A stretch of DNA of 64,000 nucleotides from the human T2T-CHM13v2.0 reference genome, Homo sapiens. The translations under genes were made by a program, and so were the position numbers. The stretch is taken from assembly GCF_009914755.1 (NCBI RefSeq), contig NC_060932.1, one strand, 5' to 3'. Positions 1 through 16,540 of the stretch are shown one piece after another. How positions within the stretch are numbered: the stretch's first letter is position 1; each line of letters starts with the position of its first letter. The notes beneath the pieces were generated by a model, which was not told where the DNA came from, made no database searches, and was given only the letters and a program-made list of their open reading frames with translations.

Positions 1-429
1 AGTCAAGGATGATTCTGTTTTTTTGGCTTGAGCAAATGGAAAGGTGGAGTTGCTGTCAGTTGAGAAGGAAAAGGCCACAGGCAGAAGAAGTTTTGGGAAG
101 ACCAAATGTTCAGTTTTAAAATTTGAGCTGATTATGAAATACCAGGTAGAGATCTCCATTAATACTTAGAGTCAGGCATTCAGGAGACAGGCCTAGGCTG
201 AGAATATGTATTTGAGAGTTATTGACATGTGGATGATATTTAAAGGCATTATCCCAGATGAGATCACCAAGAAAGTGAGTGTAAACAGAGAAGAAAAGAA
301 GTCCAAAACCAAATTCTCGGGTAACCCAAAAGTTAAGAGGGCCGGGGATAGGAGAAATTCACAAACCACCTCTTCTGAACTCTGCAAAAAAGGTCAATGT
401 TATTATTATTTTCTGTAAATGTGCTGAGC

Positions 430-805
430 TGATCTAGATGAAAACAAACCAAAGAGTCATCACCACCAAATACATTTTGTGAACCTGCACTGGATACTGG
501 CTAAAAGGAAGCTATGACAAACAAACCCTTTTGGGACAATTGGAGAAATCTGAATAGATATTAGATGGTATCATATTAATGTTAATTTTCTTAGCTGTAA
601 TAGTAGTAGAGTGGTTTTGTTGAAAGTCATGGCATACGCAACTTTCAAATGGCTCAACAAATACACATGGAGAGAGAACAAATGTGGCAAAATGGCAATA
701 GCTGGTGAATGGTTAGGTGATTAGTTGGGTGAGGGAAATACCAGTGGGTATTCATTGCCCTGTTCTTTCAATTTTCCTATAGTATGAAAATTTCAAAATA
801 AAACT
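430..805 (+). mobile_element. Old L1 (L1MC/ME-type) 3' end fragment
   Basis: tttgggacaattggagaaatctgaata...aatgttaattttctt...aaatgtggcaaaatg...ttcaaaataaaa motifs. Confidence 0.65.
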
Positions 806-946
806 GTCAGAGAAAAAAAGTTTGGGTGAACCAGTATAGGAGACTCCAGAGAAGAGCAGAACAACCAGAGAGGGCAATGGGTGTCCTGGAAGCCAAGTGA
901 AGGAAGTGTGTAAAGCAGGAGGGAATAAAATCCACGTAAAATGCAA

Positions 947-1298
<352 letters not shown>

Positions 1299-1744
1299 TT
1301 AAAAACAGAGAGTTAATGGTGACCTTGGCAGGGTGGCTGGGCAGGTGGGTGGGTGACAGTCACCTCTGCTGGCTAAACCCAAAGGATGGGCATGCTGATT
1401 CAGAGCCTGGGCCTCCAGAAGCCAGGAATGCGTGTGTGTGGTCACTCATCTTTGTGGAGGATGAGTCACGGTGAATGAATTGGGTGGCTGTACCAGGCAG
1501 GAGGGGGACCCGGGGGCTCCGCCTTGGCTCTCCAGTTTGGCAACAGAGATTGGCTTTTCTCTGGCAGCGCTCAGGGGTGGTTCAAAGAAACCTCTGAGTA
1601 TAGTAACTGGGATTGGCTTTTATTTGACAGGGAGTAGGTTAATTCAAATGGAGAAGGTTGCATAGAAAGACCAAAATAACTGGAATAAAGAGTATGTTTA
1701 TTAAGCAAATTCCAGTCTTCTCCAGGCAGAAAACAGCAGAGGTT

Positions 1745-1810
1745 TCTTCTCCATCCCTCCCTTCCTCCCTTTTCTCTCTCTCTCTTTGTCTTTCTCTCTC
1801 TCTCTCTCTC
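1745..1810. repeat. CT-rich/(TC)n simple repeat
   Basis: Directly visible. Confidence 0.85.
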
Positions 1811-2316
1811 ATCTGCTGCCTGAATTACCCCAGTAGTTGCTTCAATTCTGAGTTTTCTAGGGATATAGACCTGGCCTCAGAGTTGATTGCACAGAAACCA
1901 GCCTTGATGACAGATCTGCCCTCACCTCAAGGAGCCAAAACAGTTTTGAAAATGTCATGAGTCAATCTCAGTCTCTCTTTTTTTCTCGATCACTCTCCTT
2001 CTTCCTTTGTTCAAAAGTCACTAGATTCCTAAAGTAGCACGCATTCATCAATCACAAAGAAAAATCTAGAAAAACACAAAGAAAATCAAAATCTCCTAAT
2101 CCCATTACCTAGACAAAAATTTTATTATCCATTTACTTATTTTTTGTATATGTATATAATTAATTCCTTTTAAACAGATAAGGATTAGATATGTGGCTTT
2201 CTGCTTTCCCCCCTTAACAATATATTGTAGAAATTGTGTATGTCATCAAACATTCTTCTATAACACAATTTTGAGTAATTCTATAATATTTCGTCCTGTG
2301 GATCTATAGAATTTTT

Positions 2317-2660
<344 letters not shown>

Positions 2661-2744
2661 TAGGTTTCTTACAGATTCTCACTTTTATAAGTAACATTTC
2701 TATTGTCAAAAGACATAAAATTGTACCAAATTTGTGATAGATGT

Positions 2745-3135
2745 AATTGGCTTTTAGTTGCAACTCCTGAGTGGGGGCAGCCTCCATTCTACAAAATATC
2801 TGGAGAGCTGCACTAGGCAGTGTTCGAACAGTGAGTTTTGGAAGGTGGGAACAAGGAAACAAAACAATAAAAAAGAAGCTGATTGGTTAACATCAGTTTA
2901 CTTTTTTGTAAGGGTTAAAGCAGAGGGGACTTCCTGATTATCCTGACTTGAGTAGACTGGAATCTCTTGTTTTTAGGAAAAAAATGGCCCATTTTGAAAC
3001 CTGTCTGCTTTCATAAAATTTCAGTTTGATTTTGTGGCATTTAGCATGAGTGACTCCATTATGACTGGTCTGGTCTGTTGGAGCCTGGTGCAAGAGCTCA
3101 GTCTAAAACAATGGCCTCCCACAGTGTTGTTCATC
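2745..3135 (-). mobile_element. ERV1 solo LTR, MER31-like
   Basis: tttagcatgagtgactccatt...ggtctggtctgttgg...gagctcagtctaaaacaatggcctccc matches remembered MER31 consensus. Confidence 0.65.
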
Positions 3136-3483
3136 ACCATAAGCTTTCCTGTCATAAATATTTTTCTCAGATTGTTTTTCCTTGGTAAAAAGTGGGGGAG
3201 AGGGAGGAGGATGGAAGTCATCAGTTCTTCCAGAAAGGTGGCCTGTGGTGGCAGAACCTACTAGAAAAAATGGACATCACTCAGAGAGTCTCAAGTAAAT
3301 GCCTCTGGGTGTAGTCTGAGTCCCTCTGTCCCCAGCTGGGCCTTAGTGCCTTGCGGGATCCATTCACAACCACTCCTTCTCTGGGTGGGGGCGGGGTGGG
3401 GGGCTCCTTCCAGTCTCCTAGGAGACCTCAGTTTCTAGAGAAGGTGATCCCACCAGGAGAAGCCAAGGGATCATGAAGTGACA

Positions 3484-3528
3484 GGGGTGGTGGGGTGGTG
3501 GGGTGGAGGGGTGGTGGGGTGGTGGTGG
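3484..3528 (+). repeat. (GGGGTGGT)~5 G-rich tandem repeat, G-quadruplex-capable
   Basis: Five GGGG tracts at 8-bp period. Confidence 0.85.
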
Positions 3529-3963
3529 ATATTGAATGGGCCCAGTTCCTGGTTCCCAGAGAGTTCCCTGGCCCAGAAATGGCTGTTGGAGCTTGGAGAA
3601 GGGCTCATGTTGGGCAACCCACTGTTGAGCACAGCCTGCAGCCAGGGCAGGGTCGTGAGGGCTTTCTGGTAGTTTTGCAAGTTTCCTTGGGGATATAAGG
3701 TGCAAACGTGGAATGCATCCGCATCATTTAGCTTTGGGATGGTTGCACAGAAGCAGAAATGAATTTTCCTTGGCTGTCTGCAGCTTCCCCCACTTCGGGC
3801 TGCCTGGGGCCAAGAATATCCAGTGGTTACAGAGGCCACAGCCAGAATCCTGAGGATATTTGTCTTGCATTGCAGGAGAATGCCTTGGAGGTAGAATTTT
3901 AAGGCACCAACTCAAAACCCCAACGTCCCTAAATGTGAGAAGCAAATGGTTAAAACTTCTTTA

Positions 3964-5670
<1,707 letters not shown>

Positions 5671-6391
5671 TTGCTATATTTTGTATCCCTCCTCCCAGTT
5701 AAAATAGGGACAGAGATTATCTGAGGCAGAGGTTGGGGAAACCCTTATTATTTTCTGATTAAAGAATGGAGGAGTGGAGGGATAAAGTTTTGCTGTTTTC
5801 AGCTATGCACATAAAGTGAAACTATGTTAGTGAAACATAAGTGAAACTATGTTAAGACATTGTGAACATTACATTCTTTCCTAGTAGAGATTCTTTAAGG
5901 GCCACTTCAGTCCTGTAGTAGAGATAATTGATTTATCTTTACTTGAATGTAATGAACATAACAAGGCTTAGCCTGAAACAGTGTCTCCAGCTTTTGAAAG
6001 CAGCCTGCAGTCATCACCTTTGTATTGACGAAATTAATCATTGCTGGTGTTACAGTATCTATGTCCCTATTATAATTATTTTTTCTTACCAAAACTTTTC
6101 CCCACAAATAGAGCAGACACTTCAAATAAGTCACTATTCCCAGTCAGGTGTATTCTGAGTTAACAAAAGCCAGCTGCCCAGCAGGGTTTCAGCCTCTGAC
6201 TGGGAGGAACCCTGAGGTGGAGGCTCCCTAAGCCCCACCCCCTTCCCTATTCTCAGCAAAACCAGGCAGAAAGCATCGCAGGTAAGGAAGCTGTTCACTC
6301 CTACGCATACTACTGGGAATGTATGGACCAACTGGGGAAGAATTTCAGGGCAAAATTAGGGAAACGAGGGGAATTAGAAAGTGCAGAAGGT

Positions 6392-6713
6392 GGCTGGGGT
6401 GTGGTGGCTGACGCCTGTAATTCCAGCACTTTGGGAGGCCGAGGTGGGCAGGTCACTTGAGCTCAGGAGTTTGAGACCAGCCTGGACAACAGAGAGAGAC
6501 CCCATTTCTACAACAAACAAACAAAACAAAACAACAAAAAACCCCCAAATTAGCCAGATATGGTGGTGCCCGCCTGTAGTCCCAGTTATTTAGGAGGCTG
6601 AGGCAGAGGATCGCTTGAGCCCAGGAGGTTGAAACTGCAGTGAGCCCTGACCATGCCACTGCACTCCAGCCTGGGAGACAGAGTTAAGACCCTGTCTTAA
6701 AAAAAAAATAAAA
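6392..6713 (+). mobile_element. AluJ-like
   Basis: Alu dimer with J-type gcttgagcccaggaggttga. Confidence 0.95.
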
Positions 6714-6764
6714 AGGTGTAGAGGATGAGTTCTCAGGCAAGTCAGAACTTGCTGGATGATTTGA

Positions 6765-7063
<299 letters not shown>

Positions 7064-7309
7064 GATGATTTGATTTTTAAAATGTAAAGTGATAATCGGT
7101 GATTGTGTCAGCAGAATTATTTGTAAAATATTTACTTGTATGTTGCATTTTCTCATTAGAGGTTTCTCTTATCATTTTAATAGAATAGCCATTCATTTAG
7201 CTATATATTTTGAAATATACACCTTGAATTTTACGTTGAAACAGACACAAATACTCCGTAGAAAAATAACCTGTTCACTTTCGAAATCTTAGAGAACTTT
7301 GTTTTTTCA

Positions 7310-7440
7310 CATTTGATGATAAGAATGTTTACGTGGTGCCAGGACCTGTTCTAGTCCTTTATGGATATGAACTCCTTTAATCCTCACCCAGATGGTTTGA
7401 GCTGAGTACCTCTTATTGCAGCGGGGATACTAAGGCCGGG
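7310..7440 (-). mobile_element. MIR fragment
   Basis: gtgccagg...gttcta...tttaatcctcac...gatactaaggc degenerate MIR core. Confidence 0.5.
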
Positions 7441-8250
7441 ACAACAAAAGTACGTCGCTGACTCGAAGCTGGGCGGCGGGTTTCAGAGGCTGAGTTCTTA
7501 ACACCAGGGCACTTCCTTGTAGCCACCACGCCCGGCTGCATCCTCCACCCGGCCGGTTTCTAGAAATAGGAGATACCGAGAAGTTAGGGTGGCCCAGGTC
7601 TGGCCTTAGATCTGCAGAGGGGCGAGTGCAGATTGCGCGATGGCGAGGCTCCTGCGACAATGCGAACACCAAGGACGCGAGCTATCTGGAACCACAAATA
7701 AAACAAATTCAGGGACGGCGTTGACACCGCGGCCACCTCCTAGGCGCTTCTTGGAAGGGCGCGGCTGTGGTGCCCGCTCTGCCCGTGGTCCCGCTTACTT
7801 TTGGACTCTGTCCCCCATGGGGCTGGGGTCCGGGTCCGCGCCCTGACCCCCGCCTCCGCCGTCAGTCTCTCTCCGCTCCCAGCCGGGTGGCGCCGCAGGG
7901 GGTGGGGTTGTTTTCGTTTGGCCCCGGGGACGTCCTTGTCATTCCAACAGCCTCCCGGTGCGGCCCAAACACCCTGGGCCACCCGACACCTCGCGCTGTT
8001 GACGACGCGGGGCCGCCGGCGCCAGGGCGGGTGGTGGAGCTCCGCGCAGGCCGGGGGGAACCGCAAGAGGAGCCGGGGCGGGCGGCGGCCCCGGGCGGGT
8101 CAGGGGCGGCGCGAGCCCACACAGAGCGGTGAAACTACCAGGGGCCCTCCCACTCTTCCCGGACTCCGGAGGAGCTAAGCCGGCAGGGATCGCTCGCCCA
8201 CCCTGAGCACTTTACCTGCATGGTGGCCAAGACCCTTCGTCCGGACCCTA
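7420..8250. promoter_or_regulatory. CpG island / putative promoter (no linked coding exon seen)
   Basis: High GC, dense CpG, multiple GGGCGG GC boxes (about 8024-8110), not repeat-derived. Confidence 0.85.
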
Positions 8251-8615
8251 CTCCTGTTTTCCTCTAGCACTCACTTCCCTCCGTACTGTTAATATTATTT
8301 ACTTAATAGTTTATGTTGATTTTACTACCTTTTAGAAAATGTAAAACAAAATATTTATTTTAACTTAAATCTAGATAATAGCATTCGTTAAAGCATATGA
8401 TACTATGTTTTAACGGATGCTGTTATTGCATTATAACTATAACTTGCAAAACTGTTTGTCTTTTCTCATCGTCTTTCACACTGTCTGTGACCTGCACACC
8501 ACACTCGAGAGATTCTTTAATCCTATTTTACACCCCTTCTCCCCACCACAACCAGTCCCATTTTACAGATGAAAGAGGTGAGGTGCGTAGGGACCTTTCT
8601 TGGGGATGGCAGCGC

Positions 8616-8692
8616 GCACCCGCCCCACACCTGACCTGCACCTGCCCCGCACCTACCCCACATCTGCCCCGCAGCTGCCCCACACCCGGCTG
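8616..8692. repeat. 11-bp tandem repeat, 7 copies, consensus RCACCTGCCCC
   Basis: Units gcacccgcccc/acacctgacct/gcacctgcccc/gcacctacccc/acatctgcccc/gcagctgcccc/acacccggctg. Confidence 0.85.
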
Positions 8693-9239
8693 CGCGTGCC
8701 TTTCTCGCTTGGATCCCTGGCACGGTGATGCTCAGCTCCTGGGTGGCTGGAGGAGGCTGTCGACATTGGCTTCCTAGCCCAGGGGCCTTGACTGAACATT
8801 CACTGCTCTCCCAGCCTGGGAAGGGATGGGAGGTGCAGGAGACCACCTACCTGGCATCTGCTGGCACCAGCCAGCCCGCACCTGAGGTTTTGTAGGTAGG
8901 CTTAGAAAGCGATTCCTGGAGTGCTGACAGTCTTGCCGCTTGCTCTCCCGTGGTGCCTCACCTACACTCCAGGACCACTCTGGGGCCATTCAAGAGCTCG
9001 CCCACTTTGTGACTGCTAGAGCTGCCTTGTTGAAACAGCCTTCATGTACCTATGCTCACCTGCCCACTGAGGCTTACTGCCAGGACATACCCCTTTGGGG
9101 AAAGAAAAAACCAAAAACTTAACTGGCAAATTTGATGACACTGGGTGTCTGGCTCAATCTGTTTCTCCACTTTTCATGTTCACTTGATGAGGGACAGTTC
9201 TGCTAGAGACAATGCCTTATCCCACAGGGCTGTGTGTCT

Positions 9240-9385
9240 GTACCAGGGCTTCCCAGACTTTAAAGGGCTTAGGAATTACCTTGGCCCTTGTCACAGTGCA
9301 GGTTCTGGTTCAGTAGTGTGGGACCTAAGATTCCGCACTTCTCACAAGCTGCTGGTCCTCAGGCCACACTTTGAATAGCAAAGGT
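9240..9385. mobile_element. MER5-family hAT-Charlie DNA transposon
   Basis: gcaggttctggttcagtag...gctgctggtcc...ccacactttgaatagcaa. Confidence 0.7.
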
Positions 9386-9528
9386 CTATGGGATTCAGAG
9401 TTTGGGGCTAGCTCAAGGGACAGAAAACTTAGGGTAGTTGCCCTTCCCCACAGCCCTCAGTTGGCACCAGCTTCCTTTGCTTGAGCAGCCTCTTTGCTTA
9501 TGAATTGATTAGAAAGGCAAGGAGGTTT

Positions 9529-9838
9529 GGCCAGGGGAGGTGGCCCATGCCTGTAATCCTAGCATTTTGGGAGGCAGAGGTGGGTGGATCACCTGAGGCC
9601 AGGAGTTCGAGACCGGCCTGGCCAACTTGGTGAAACCCAATTTCTATTAAAAATACAAAAATTAGCAGGGCATGGTGGTATGCCCCTGTAATTCCAGCTA
9701 CTTGGGAGGTTGAGGCAGGAGAACCCCTTGAACATGGGAGGTGGATGCTGCTGCTGTAAGCCGAGATCATGCCACTGCACTCTAGCCTGGGTGACAGAGT
9801 GAGACAAGGTCAAAAAAAAAAAAAAAAAAAAAAAAAAA
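9529..9838 (+). mobile_element. Alu (AluS-like)
   Basis: Alu dimer, long A tail, degenerate TSD aaggcaaggaggttt/aagacaagggggttt. Confidence 0.96.
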
Positions 9839-9859
9839 GACAAGGGGGTTTGTAATGAA

Positions 9860-10010
9860 GAGCAGTCCTCTTGGAGGCCAAGTTGTTAAGTTTGGCTTAC
9901 ATCATTTACTGCATGAATTTGGGTAAGTCACACAGCTTCTCTGAACTTTGTTTCCTCATCTGTAAAATGGGCATAATTATCTGTATCACTGGGTTTATGC
10001 AAGAATTATG
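9860..10010 (+). mobile_element. MIR
   Basis: ttgggtaagtcac...ctctgaac...tttcctcatctgtaaaatggg MIR core. Confidence 0.8.
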
Positions 10011-10647
10011 GGGGGAAAACCCCTATATAAACATGCTTTTTCTAGATGTAAAGCCTTGACTGACTTTAAAGGTTTAATATTTTCTTCTCCATGGATTTGC
10101 AGTAAGTTCTCAAAAGGTAGATTGATGTGACTAACCACGCAAATAAAATGGATATTAAATACATGTGCATTCACACAGAGCTGTTTTGTTCAGAAGTGAA
10201 AGTTACATTCCTCTCCCTGAAATGACTCAAGGATCATGGTTCCCTATTATAAATTAAAATTCTTAAGGAAAGGCATAGAAAGAAAAATGACAGTTTGTGG
10301 CAACACTAGTTTCTGAACCTCTCATCAATCTTAGGAGGGCATGTGCATTGGGGTTGGGACCCTTAGGGGCAGAGTGTGCCCTCTGGAGCTGGGCATCCTT
10401 GACCACACTGACCACTGCCCTTGGTACTTTATCAGGCCTCATTCCAACTCATTTTTGGGAGTGATGATCATTTTTCTATTCTGTGGACTTTTTACTGTGG
10501 TAACTTACAGCTCACTTAGAGCAAAGATAAGTTTTATCTGAGCCTGTTCTTAGATAGGGGGAGGACCCTAATGTTGCAGTAAGGTGTATTGACAAGAACT
10601 TGGAATTGAACAAGAAGCCTAAATTCTAATCTTGACTTAGCCATTAA

Positions 10648-11103
<456 letters not shown>

Positions 11104-11113
11104 AAATTAATAG

Positions 11114-11391
<278 letters not shown>

Positions 11392-11394
11392 AAA

Positions 11395-12875
11395 GATTAA
11401 GCAGAAAGCAGTGTTTCCATATACCCCACCTATACAATTTCCCATACTAGATAATAAAATCTTGCCTTAGTGTGATATATTTGTTATAATAGATGAACCA
11501 ATATTTGATACCTTATTCTTAATCTAAATTCCATAGTTTACTGTAGAGTTCACTCTTGGTGTTTCACATTCTATAGGTTTCCCCAAATGTATAATGACAT
11601 GTATCCACTATCACCATATCATACAGAATAGTTTCACTGCCCTAAAAATCCTATGTGTTCCCTTGATCCCTCCGTCCTTCCCCCTTGAATCCCTGTCAAC
11701 CACTGATTTTGTAAATGTTTCTATAGCTTTGCATTTCCCAGAATGCCATATAGCTGGAATTATAGGCTGTGGCCTTTTCAGATTGGTTTCTTTCACTTAG
11801 CAATATGCGTTTAAGGTTCTTCCATGTCTTTTCATGACTTGATAGCTCTTTAAAAAAAAAAATTAAGAGACTCTCAGTCTGTTGTCCAGGCTGGAGTGCA
11901 GTAGTGTGATTATGGCTCACTGCAGCCTCATCCTCCTGGGCTCAAGTGATCCTCCCACCTCAGCCTCCTGAGTAGCTGGGACCACAGTTGAGTGCCACCA
12001 CACCTGGGTAATTTTGTTTATTTTTTGTAGAGGCAAGGTTTCCCTATGTTGCCTAGGCTGGTCTCAAACTCTTGGGTTCAATCTGTCCTCCCGTCTTGGC
12101 CTCCCAAAGTGCTAGGATTATGGACATGAGTCATAGTAATATTCCATTATCTGGATGTATCACAGTTTGCTTATCCTTTCACCTATTGAAGGTCATCTTC
12201 CTTACTCCTAGTCTTTGGCAATTATGAATAATGCAGCTATAAACATTAGTGTGCAGATTTTTGTGTGCTCAGAGGTTTTTAACTCATCTGGGTAAATACC
12301 TAGGAGTTTGATTGCTGGACCAGTAAGAGTGTGTTTAGTTTTGTCAGAAACTTCCAAACAGTCTTTCAAAGTGGCTGTACAATTTTGCTGTCCAATCAGC
12401 AATGAGTGAGAGTTCCTACTGCTCCACATCCTCACCAGCATTCAAAATTGTTAGTGTTTTGGATATTAGTCATTCGAATGATACCTCATTCTAGTCAACT
12501 AGTCATTCTAGTGGTATCTCACCACTGGTTTAATTTGCAATTCATTAATGGGAAATGACTGGAGCATCTTTTATGTGCTTATTTTGCCATCTGTGTATCT
12601 TCTTTGGTGAGGTGTGTTTTGAGGTCTTTTGCCCATTTTTACATTAGGTCATTTGTTTTTGTATTGAGAGTTGAGTTCTTTGTATATCTGGAACACAAGC
12701 CTTTTTTCAGATATGTATTCTGCAAACATTTTCTTCTAGTCTATGGCTTATCTTTTCATTCTTTTATAAGTATCTTTCGCAGAGCAGTATTAAATTTTAA
12801 TGAAGCCTAATTTATCAGTTTTTCTTCCATGAATTGTGTTTCAATGTTGTATCTAAAAAAAAAAATCATTGCCTG
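11395..12875 (-). mobile_element. L1 (L1MB/MC-like) 3' end, interrupted by AluJ
   Basis: gatgaaccaata, ttcacttagcaatatgc, gctataaacatt, ccatctgtgtatcttctttggtgaggtg motifs. Confidence 0.85.
11850..12134 (-). mobile_element. AluJ-like
   Basis: Alu reverse complement with ctcctgggctcaagtgatcc. Confidence 0.93.
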
Positions 12876-12920
12876 GTCCACACTGCATGTTAAAATGTTT
12901 TAATTTAAGCCCATATTTTA

Positions 12921-13890
<970 letters not shown>

Positions 13891-13899
13891 GGTCTTTAA

Positions 13900-14335
13900 T
13901 CATCAAAATTGTTAAGATCATAAAAGTTAAGGAAACAGTGAATAACTCTTCTTAATTCAATGAGACTAAAGAGACCTGGACGTTGAATGCAAAACATGAT
14001 CCAGGAATCTTTTTTTTTTTTTCTATGAAAGGCAATATTTGGAAAGTTGGTGAAATCGGAGTAAGATGTTAGTGCTAATTTCCTGATTTTGATAACTTCA
14101 CTCTTGTTATATAAGAGAATGTATTTAGAAAGCATATACCCAAGTATTTAGGTAGAAAGAGGCATTATGTCTTAAACTTCACAGTTTACAAAATAACTTA
14201 CACACGCACATATAGAGAGAAAAAAAGGATGCAGTAAATGTAAAATTTTAATGTCCGGGGACTTGGTAGAGGGCACATGGGAATTTTTGTACTGTTCTTG
14301 CAACTTTTTCAAAGTTTAAAAGTTTTTCAAATGAG
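13900..14335 (+). mobile_element. L1MC-like 3' end
   Basis: gagactaaagagac...aatttcctgattttgata...tgtactgttcttgcaactttt. Confidence 0.75.
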
Positions 14336-14408
14336 AAAGGGTGAAAAAACTCACCAAATCTTGATTTTTGGCATTTCTCAGAAACTGGAAGAACTGGCAT
14401 CATATATT

Positions 14409-14802
<394 letters not shown>

Positions 14803-15187
14803 TAAGCTAATAGAGAATTTCTACAGAAAGCTGGGACTTCATGTGATGACATTCTCTGTGCAAGAATGATTTAGAAAAGAGGATACAGCCAGTTAATCTG
14901 CCTACTAAAGCAGAAAGTAAAAAACATATTACCTGAGAACTCAAGCTTAAAACTGGCACCCATACAGGTTTGCAGCACCAGTCACATCATCAGGCTGGTC
15001 AGAACATCACATTGATAATTTACAAGCCAAAAATTTATAAGCATGATTATAGATTGGTAATGCCCGCAGGGTCCTGGTGGAAGCACGTGCAGATGTTCAC
15101 TGCAGGAGCCCAACTCCAAGACTCAGAATTCACACAGGTAAAATGTCACAAAGTAGGAAACCAAAGACAGAGTTAAAAACCACATGT

Positions 15188-15500
<313 letters not shown>

Positions 15501-15704
15501 CCTCCCACGTATACACACAAACAAAGCACGGTAAGCTAGGGCCAGTGGAAACAACACATGACAACATTAGGTCCACAAAAATTATAGATATTGTAGTGAT
15601 CAGACTCAGAATCGAAAGTAAGCATATTTATTGTGTGTAATGATGTAAAAGAAAGGATTGAAAATTTAAAATGTAAGAGACTATTGAGAAAGCAAAAAGT
15701 AGCC

Positions 15705-16540
15705 TCTAACATCTAATATCTGACCTGACGCTCACTGCTAGTCCATGCTGTTCTTGTGTTGAACATAGACGACAGAAAATTGGTGAGTGCTGTGGCTCAC
15801 ACCTGTAATCCCAACACTTTGGGAGGCCGAGGTGGACTGATCACTTGAGTCCAGGAGCCTGATACCAGCCTGGGAAACATGGCGAGACTCCATCTCTATA
15901 ATAAATAAAAACATTAGCTGGGAGTGGTGGCATGTACCTCTGATCCCAGCTACTTGGTAGGCTAAGGTAGGAGGATTCCTTGAACCTGGAAGTCAGAGGT
16001 TGCAGTGAGCCATGATTGTGCCGCTGTAGTCCAGCCTGGGCAACAGAGTGACACACTGTCTAAAAAAAAATGAAAATCAACATCAGACAAGGCCACTCTG
16101 TGACCATTGTGGACCTGGGCAAAACCAAGACCACTCCACTGTCATGTCTGACAACATATGAACATTGTCCTAATAGCAAAAATGACCAAATTTCCCCGTA
16201 TCTTGGCTAATATGAGTGATCATAATTGTCTTCTTTTTAGATAAGATTTATTGTTATAGAATTATAGTTACAATTATAGATTTATTCTTATAGAATTAAT
16301 TACAGTTATAGAATTAATTTTGCTTCCTGACAGCATCCAATACAAAGCAAAACTCTGGTTTCTTAAACCTTCCCTCAAATCACCCAGCCAAAGTCCAAAT
16401 CTTTTTAATGGGTCCTTTGACTACCCTCTTACTGAGATGCCTCATGGATCCTTATGGTATGCATTTGCCTTTGCTGCAATGAGTAATGAACCCACTTGTT
16501 CAACTACAGATGTGTTTCTGGTGTTCTTTGCCTGGAGAGA
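15705..16540 (+). mobile_element. ERV1 solo LTR, MER67-like, interrupted by AluJ
   Basis: agacaaggccactctgtgacc...aaccaagaccactcc...cctgacagcatccaat...cttactgaga...ttgttcaactacag. Confidence 0.7.
15783..16070 (+). mobile_element. AluJ-like
   Basis: Alu dimer, diverged. Confidence 0.93.

Noticed and set aside
7640-8178. Overlapping 86-125 aa ORFs in the CpG island
   Set aside because: Several frames on both strands are open because of high GC; the R/G/P/A-rich products resemble no protein I recognise
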